From Octopus bimaculoides (taxonomy: Eukaryota), in NCBI RefSeq assembly GCF_001194135.2, contig NC_068983.1, positions 127,636,499-127,680,893 on the forward strand: 44,395 nucleotides of DNA, in the 5' to 3' direction. A program made the position numbers and the translations under genes. Position 1 is the first letter of the stretch; every line of letters starts with the position of its first letter. The notes under the pieces were generated by a model. That model was not told where the DNA came from. It saw nothing but the letters and a program-made list of their open reading frames with translations, and searched no databases. Positions 37,481 through 44,395 of the stretch are shown piece after piece.

Positions 37481-38029
37481 AACAAAGGGCTGGCTGTAAT
37501 CAACTTAACCCCTTCTCCGAAACCTGACCATGTGCCGATTGAAACCAGTATATCTGTACAAGTTAGTGCAACGTTTAACAGCAAATATAGTGATAGGAAC
37601 AGTTTCATGCGAGAGGTGGCACACATAACCTCGAAAAGAAATAGAAGATATTTTTCTAACGTCTTCGATGATTGTTCGAAATCCAGCCATGATGAATTCT
37701 GGCACGCTAAGGAAGTAAACATAACAAAATACATACTGTATCGAGTTCAACATGAATGATAACAAAATCACACAGTTATTGTTTACTATAACCATATACA
37801 ACTAAGTATTAATCTTCATTGAAACAATTGCGAAGTCCACACTGAAAAAGAATGTATACTATGTCGTCTATCAGCTCCTGTATAGGCTACAACTGACATA
37901 TCACAGCCATGATATTCTTTAGGGAACTGGCTATAATATACAATAATAGGAACAGTATTTCTACGAAAAGGAATTTCTCTAGGATCTACACAGAAAGAAA
38001 AAAACTTTCCGGGAACAATAACTTATAGT

Positions 38030-38450
38030 CAACTGATACAGGTTTATTAGATCTTCACAATGGTTTTTGTGGATTTGGCAAAACATATTTGATAAACATG
38101 TGTGGAAAATATTCATTCATTGAAGTAGGTTTCTCGGATTATCGTAAATTTAGTCGGATGTGAGATGACTGCCAATTCCGCATTTACCATACTACTCCAT
38201 CTTGAAAACAATGATAGTCTACTCTGTAATGTTAAAATATCTCAACATATTTTAAAGCAAGTTTAGTTGAAAGCAAGTTATGAATGCACAGGGGCTGACA
38301 GATTTGGAATTGAAGTTCTCGATCATGACTTCCTGTAAAGCAAATAATTTTACTCTTAATTTAATTCAGTCAAATGTTGACAATCATCTTAAAGGGTAGA
38401 GCTGAGGATGACTTCAGAAAATATTTCAACGATAACTTATATTTGTGGAT
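38030..38450 (+). mobile_element. Possible decayed RTE-type LINE reverse-transcriptase fragment
   Basis: MVFVDLAK-(fs)-FDK..WKI and a GFSD..RM*DD segment resemble the RT FxDxxKAFD region. Heavily mutated. Confidence 0.35.
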
Positions 38451-39411
38451 AAGAGAACAGACTTGATCTTTCTATGGCCATGTGCCATCACAACATGAAA
38501 TTTACTTTGCTTCATTTGGAACCAATAGTCTCAGGTGCTCAATCGTGTTGGAGTACTCGATTTTAAATATTTATGTTTCGTATTATGGCTTCATCAAATT
38601 ATTGTCTTCTTTGTTGTATTCTCCATTAATCGTTCTACATTATTATTTGCACGCGTTTATAATATTTTGAACGTACACTGAAATTTCTTGCTCCTCCATT
38701 TTTATATATCTATTGTCTCCTTTTCCACACCTTTCTGTAAGCCCTCTGTGTTAAACGTTTTATATTTTGTATGTCAGTCTGCAATTATAAAGCGATCTGG
38801 TACAATTGTTAGAACTTCGTAAATAATAACCCGCGGCGTGTATTCCAAATCTTTTCGTTATGAATTCAAACATTGCTAATGTCAACTTTGTTTACAGTAA
38901 AGTATTTGGATCAATGTAATTGGTTACCCCTACCAATTATATTGCTGATATTGTAGCAAAATTTGCTAGAATTATTAATATTGTAATCATTGTAATAGTA
39001 GGAAGAGAATGAATAATAGTAGTATGATTGTTAGTTGCTAATGAGATGCTTTATCGTTTCCAATGAAGAAACATTTACTATTTTCTTCGTCTGAAATCAA
39101 CATAGCAGGACACCTTAAGATAGTTTCAGACGATATTTTTACCAAAATGAAAGAAATGGCGTGCTATATTTAGTAGTCCTTGCTTTCTCAACTGAAATTA
39201 TTTTTAATGGCGTCTGCCACGATAATAATCCCCACCGCTACTGACAATCACAAAATGCAAAATGCCTAAAAAGTAGATACATGTGACAAATGCAAAAACG
39301 AAATTGTTTTCATTAAAAGACAAGCGTGAGAAGAACATACTGCCATAATGCTTTATGAAACAAATAGTAACCATACTAATGATTACACCCGAATGCACAC
39401 ACACGCACACA

Positions 39412-39452
<41 letters not shown>

Positions 39453-40519
39453 ACTCACACCCAAACACACATGCACTCAATGAAAGTGCTATCAAGTCGG
39501 AAAGATTTTTTTTGTATTTTGTCTTCGTTTTCGATCGTTACTAGCAACGGCAAAAAAAAAAAAAATGAAGAAGAATCTTTTAGCATAAATGAGATCAGTA
39601 AGAAAAGTTGTGTAACCAAGCATCACGATATTTTTCCTGACTGTGGTATTAAGGAACAATATGTGAACTTTTCTTGCAGTAACAAAACACCAGTTACAAG
39701 TAGTGTTAGCCGAAGCTTAGAAGAAAATAACCTTGATTAACTGGTCTAAATTCTATGGTTCTCTATGTGTAATTTCGGGATTAAGACAAACGAAATAAAC
39801 AAATCCATCAAGAGCAATATACAACAGGTCATACACGTGTGCCACATTACACGAAACGACAGAATATGGTGATCAGATATAAGGAAACGACTTTGATTTT
39901 TGCTTCATCCTCACATTCATGACAACATATTGGCAAGTGGTTAGATTGTCTCAGGGACAGTGATATGTAAACCTGCCCTCCCACACTACGTGAAACTAAT
40001 AAAGAGACTGAGGGACAGTTTGTTCCTCTAACATGGGCTAGTGTGAAGGGGTGAGTGAGGATAAGATGTATGCGCAGCAGCAAGTACAACAACAGTCCTA
40101 TTTCCCAGAACAGCAGTTGTGATATTGCCAGCAATGATGAAGAAACACACATCTTGTTCGTTCACGGAAACTCAACGACCACGCTATTAAGGATATTGTA
40201 ATATAACTGGAAGTGTCACTCAAGCGTCTTGTGTCCAGCACGAAATGAAGTTAGCAGTAAAACATATATCTAGCCTTCCTGAGATATCGCGAAAAGCGTA
40301 GATGATAGATTACTCGAAAATAAGGACGATCCTCAATAAAAAGCAGCCACAATGACGAGGGATAGTTATTCCTTCAGAAGGAGGCTGACAAATAAGAAGA
40401 TATAACATTTCCGTCACATGAAATACCTAACTGGGGCATTACGAACAGAACACATTTGCCGTGACGGTTATTAACAAAACGTAATAACCGCACGAAGCTA
40501 TATAGAATAGAGTATAGTG

Positions 40520-41260
40520 CGTGAAACTCTTATTACAAGCAATAGCACAAGCTTAAACGGGGGCACTTTAGAATGGGTGAGTTGCTTCTCTTCATCTGAA
40601 GCGAATGTTGACTGGCATATTTGAGTGCTTCAGACGGCAGCATGAACAGTAGACATAAAATGCTCCAACCCAATCTTGCATGCAGTTAAGCGTGCATTCA
40701 TAATTGTTTTATGTATGTACTTCTTAAAATGTTTTTTTAATGGTTATTTCTGAAAACTTATTCAAATTAATTTTACTAAACCTTGCCTGGCCAGGAACTT
40801 AGTTTTTCCATATTTCTTTTTTTTTAACATATTATCCAGTTCTGGATTCAAACTTTCCACGTTTTGATTGAATTAAATTGTGATCTTGCTCAATAAAAGT
40901 TATCTTCATACTTATAAACGATTTTTAAGCTCCAATTGTTGCCTACCAGTTGAGCAATGAAATATCTAGAATTTCCCTGTTCAAAAACAATACAGAATTA
41001 GCACACCGAACTTTTGAGAAAAACTTTCGAATCAAAACTATGGGAACTTTCCAGAAATATCTAAACGGCGGTGCTATCTAAAATGGGTTGAGATAGTACC
41101 GATTGTAGATAAACTGTACAGGCACGGAAGTGTTCTGATGGGTCAACCTGATGGGCGTGGAGCGCAACGAACCGTCTTACATGGATTCTCTCAATGACTG
41201 GACATCACTAACTTATACAGTTTAAACGAATAGCTGTAGTTGAGCGAAGTGCATCTTGAT
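40520..41260 (+). mobile_element. Possible decayed RTE-type LINE 3' part
   Basis: LNGGTLEWVSCF (post-RT G..LE.V..F motif) and GQPDGRG...YMDSLNDWT (RTE C-terminal-like). Weak. Confidence 0.3.
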
Positions 41261-41299
41261 ATGGTCTGAATTCATTATGAACATAGCCCAACCTTACTG

Positions 41300-41670
41300 A
41301 ACTATTATCGGGAATTCCGCGCATTTTCTTTTTGTCTAACATATTGATTGAAGGATGTGACTGAACAAACTGAAGAATCTCCTCCAAAATCGATTTGCCT
41401 TTCATTCTTTCGGGGCCGATCATATATTTACCAGTTGAACTTTGAAGACGATGAAATCGACTAAACAAGATTCACAAATTCCATGTCTTGTGTCTATAGT
41501 AGGAAGCAACAATATATTACCAAGGACATTGAAGTGTTTGAATAGTTGCTGGGCCGGGCAAAATACTTGGTGGAGATACTGGCATTACATTTCTGAATTA
41601 AAATTCTACGTAAGTCTACTTTGCCGTTGCAATCATTGAAATCCCCTCCTCCAAATTTTAAGTCACGTGC
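41300..41670 (+). mobile_element. Two tandem SINE (family C) copies: about 41300-41510 and 41520-41670, followed by an (ATT)n tail
   Basis: CGATTTGCCTTTCATTCTTTCGGGGCCGAT...ACCAGTTG and GCCGGGCAAAATACTTGG...TTCTGAATTAAAATTC...TCTACTTTGCC match the copies at 43105 and 43319. Confidence 0.65.
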
Positions 41671-41729
41671 CTGAAATATAACGTATTATTATTAATATTG
41701 TTATTATTATTATTATGATTATTATTGTT

Positions 41730-43010
41730 ATGTCGTTTTATTTTTCTTCAAACTTTTTTCCATTTCTCGCCGAGTGTTTTCCGTACACCTAGGGCAGAGA
41801 AGCTCATTGTATGCATTTCCAGATTACACACGCAAATTCACAGGTAAAATATGTATTAAAAAAATTAATAAATAAATTCATGAATGGAAGTTGTCACAGC
41901 GATAATGCTCTGCTCAGTACAGGAGTCGTTCCAGTTAACACGATTTTTTGCACTTCCTGTAGGGATGGTAAGCCTGGTATCATTTTCAAATAGGTTTCAG
42001 TATCTGTTTTTTTGTGTCATTCCTAGAGATCCTACAATCACTGGTACGGTAGTCGCCTTGAGATGCCACATTTTTTTCAATTTGTATTAGCAAGTCTTTA
42101 TATTTACTGATCTTGTCAAATTCTTTCGCCGCTATAATGTGATCGCAAGGAATACTCATGTCAATTAATAAACACATCTTTTTTGTCTGATCTTTTATAA
42201 TAGTATCCGGTTTATTAGATTTTATAGTTTAATCAGTATGTACGGGGAAGTCCCAGAGAATCGACACATTTTCTCCCTCAGTCACAGCTTCAGGATGGTG
42301 TTTATATCTTTTGTCAGCGGTTTTGATTTTATAATGCCGACATATTATCCAGTGTAAATACTGGCCAACTCTGTCATGACTTGCTTTATATTCTACAGGT
42401 GCTAAGACTCTATACACTGAGATTAGGTGGTCTATAGTTTCAATCTCATCGTTACAGAATCGGCGTTTTGGGTCAGCTCCATTTTTTATCACATTAGCTT
42501 GGTAGTTCCGGGTTAATAAGCTTTGGTTGGTTTTGAGCAGCTAATATGAAGCTTTCACTCTCTGGTTTTAACCCTGAGCTTCGTAACCATTGCTGCGTGT
42601 GTTTCTGATCGACATCAGCTTGCCTTGCGGATGTTTCTGTTCCCATCTGTTAGCTAATTTTTCATGCGCTTTTGTCTTTGCGATTAATTTTTTTTTTTTG
42701 CAACAGCAGTTGGCGCATTTCCTTCAACCTAATCAAAATGATCGGTATCTAAGTGATTAGTAGCGAATGTTTTGCTCTCTTTCACAATAGAGTGAAGTTT
42801 TGTCGGTCTTTCATGTCTTTCAACAAGTTTCATCACCAAATAGTTGGTTGTTTCAAGGTATTTGGCCAGTCCGATTATGGTGGTTTTGTACGTAATTTCA
42901 AGCTGGATCAAGCCTCGACCTCCATGAACTCTGGGAAGGTAAAGACGATCTACGTATGCCTTTGGATGGTGCATCTTATTACAAGTCAGTAGCTTGTGGA
43001 TTTTCTATCA
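41730..43010 (-). mobile_element. 5'-truncated R4/Dong-clade RLE LINE flanked by (TAA)n on both sides
   Basis: HHPKAYVDRLYLPRVHGGRGLIQLE; FCNDEIETIDHLIS...EYKASHDRVGQYLHW; ILWDFPVHTD; CLLIDMSIPCD...KISKYKDL (RLE). ATT-rich tracts at about 41683-41729 and 43012-43105. Confidence 0.92.
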
Positions 43011-43104
43011 ATTTTATTATTATTATTACTATTATGATTATTATTATTATTATTATTATCATCATCATCATCATAATCATCATCGTTATTATTATTGTTA
43101 TTAT

Positions 43105-43523
43105 TAAGGTGACCTTGTGCCTATCGTAGAAAGCACGCCGAGCGAAATGTTTTGCGTATTTAATCTATCGCTACGTTCTGAATCCAAATTCTGCCGAGGT
43201 CTATTTTACGTTTCATCGTTCCGGTACCTGTGAGAGTCTGGAGTCGATGTAATCAACTAGTCCCCTCACCACAAATCGTAAGCCTTGTTTCTCCTGTAGA
43301 AAGGATTATTATGAATATTAAGGCGGTGACCTGGCAGAAACGTTAGCATGCCGGGCAAAATGCTTAGCTGTATTTCAACTGTCGCTACGTTTCGAGTTCA
43401 AATTGAGCCGAGGTTGCCTTTGCCTTTCATCCTTTCAGATAATTACCAGTTCAACACTAGTTTCGATGCAATAGACTCATCCCCTCCCACCCTATATGCT
43501 AACCTTGTGGCAAGATTTGAAAC

Positions 43524-43567
<44 letters not shown>

Positions 43568-43570
43568 GCT
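43105..43570 (+). mobile_element. Two tandem SINE (family C) copies (about 43105-43310 and 43319-43525) with an (ATT)n tail to about 43568
   Basis: AAGGCGGTGACCTGGCAGAAACGTTAGCATGCCGGGCAAAATGCTTAGC (A box-like), GAGTTCAAATT (B box-like), TTGCCTTTCATCCTTTC body, ATT tail. Confidence 0.85.
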
Positions 43571-44363
43571 GACATCTGCTCAGACGTAGAAGGTCATGTG
43601 CCCTGAAAGAAGTAGCTTTTGTTAAAGAGATTTTATTTCACACAGGCAAACGTATTCAAATGCTTCAGTGGTCCACTTTGACAACAAAGTGACTTTTTTT
43701 TAAATATTCGCTCAATATTCTGCAACCTAATGTTAACTCAAAATGTAAAAAGGTTCTTTTCCTCGGAATCTTCCTCTGAAAGATTACATGAGAGAAATGA
43801 AGACTACTACGAAAGATATGAAACACTTATATTAACGAGCATATAAACTGAAAACTAAATGCAAAGTGAACAATACATTAACTTTCAAACAAAATGTAGA
43901 GCAAAGTAAGCAAAGGTTTTGACAAGAATTAATCAAAATAACAAACAAATTACAATCTAGATGCATGTACCGCTTTGTCATATACATGAATAGCGAAAGG
44001 ATGTCATTCAAAAATGTTGCTAAAAAAAAGATAGAGAAATAAAATTCTAAATAATGGTTTTTCCTGAAAGCTAGAAAAGTTGGCAACATTTTGTTCATCA
44101 GATTGGTTCTACACTACCAAATCAATCACTGATCCCATGTGAAGAAGACAGCAGGCTTTGTTGCCTACATACACGTACTTAAATGTTCCTCTGTTTCTTT
44201 GCATTTTCCGTATCTCTTCGATCTCTTCTGCCAACAGATTTCCTAGTGTCGGAGAAAAAGTCCTGCTCTATTCCTTACATACTGACGTATTTACACCCAT
44301 CCCTGTCCCTTATTCTCCTACTCTCACTATATATATCTCTCTCTCGTTTTCCATCTCTCGCTT

Positions 44364-44365
<2 letters not shown>

Positions 44366-44395
<30 letters not shown>
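44366..44395. repeat. (TA)n microsatellite at window end
   Basis: Visible repeat. Confidence 0.95.

Noticed and set aside
38400-38430. CTGAGGA-TGACTTCA-GAAA hammerhead-like string
   Set aside because: There is no helix I and no valid helix III/NUH arrangement.
41208-41468. 86-aa minus-strand ORF that looked like a host exon
   Set aside because: It overlaps the antisense of a family C SINE (TTGCCTTTCATTCTTTCGGGG). The GTAAGT near 41610 also lies in a SINE.

Overview
AT-rich eukaryotic genomic DNA from a draft assembly, with nine N-gaps that mostly abut microsatellites. The dense (TA)n/(TATC)n/(GA)n/(CA)n/(ATT)n microsatellites and the SINE and LINE families look like a cephalopod, most likely Octopus; this is an inference from repeat style, not a database result. 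I can support no intact host protein-coding gene. The window is mostly decayed mobile DNA: two mariner copies, one TIR-to-TIR Tc1 copy, two hAT remnants, a Penelope-like RT/GIY-YIG remnant, five R4/Dong-type RLE LINE pieces, an L1/Tx1-type LINE (ORF1 plus APE endonuclease) and a second fragment of it, RTE-like remnants, about ten tRNA-derived SINEs, a tRNA-Lys-like sequence and a MITE-like element. The most interesting observation is a hand-folded candidate type I hammerhead ribozyme on the minus strand at 14037-14099. It has CUGAGGA and GAAA cores, a GUC cleavage triplet and bulged helix I, but a weak helix II, and it sits in a ~310-nt structured island that may be a retrozyme or solo Penelope pLTR. 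Second is a nesting pattern in which Dong-like LINEs sit in (TAA)n tracts, apparently including tails left by tandem SINEs. All family assignments are from motif recognition by eye, and element boundaries are approximate unless a TIR or TSD is quoted.
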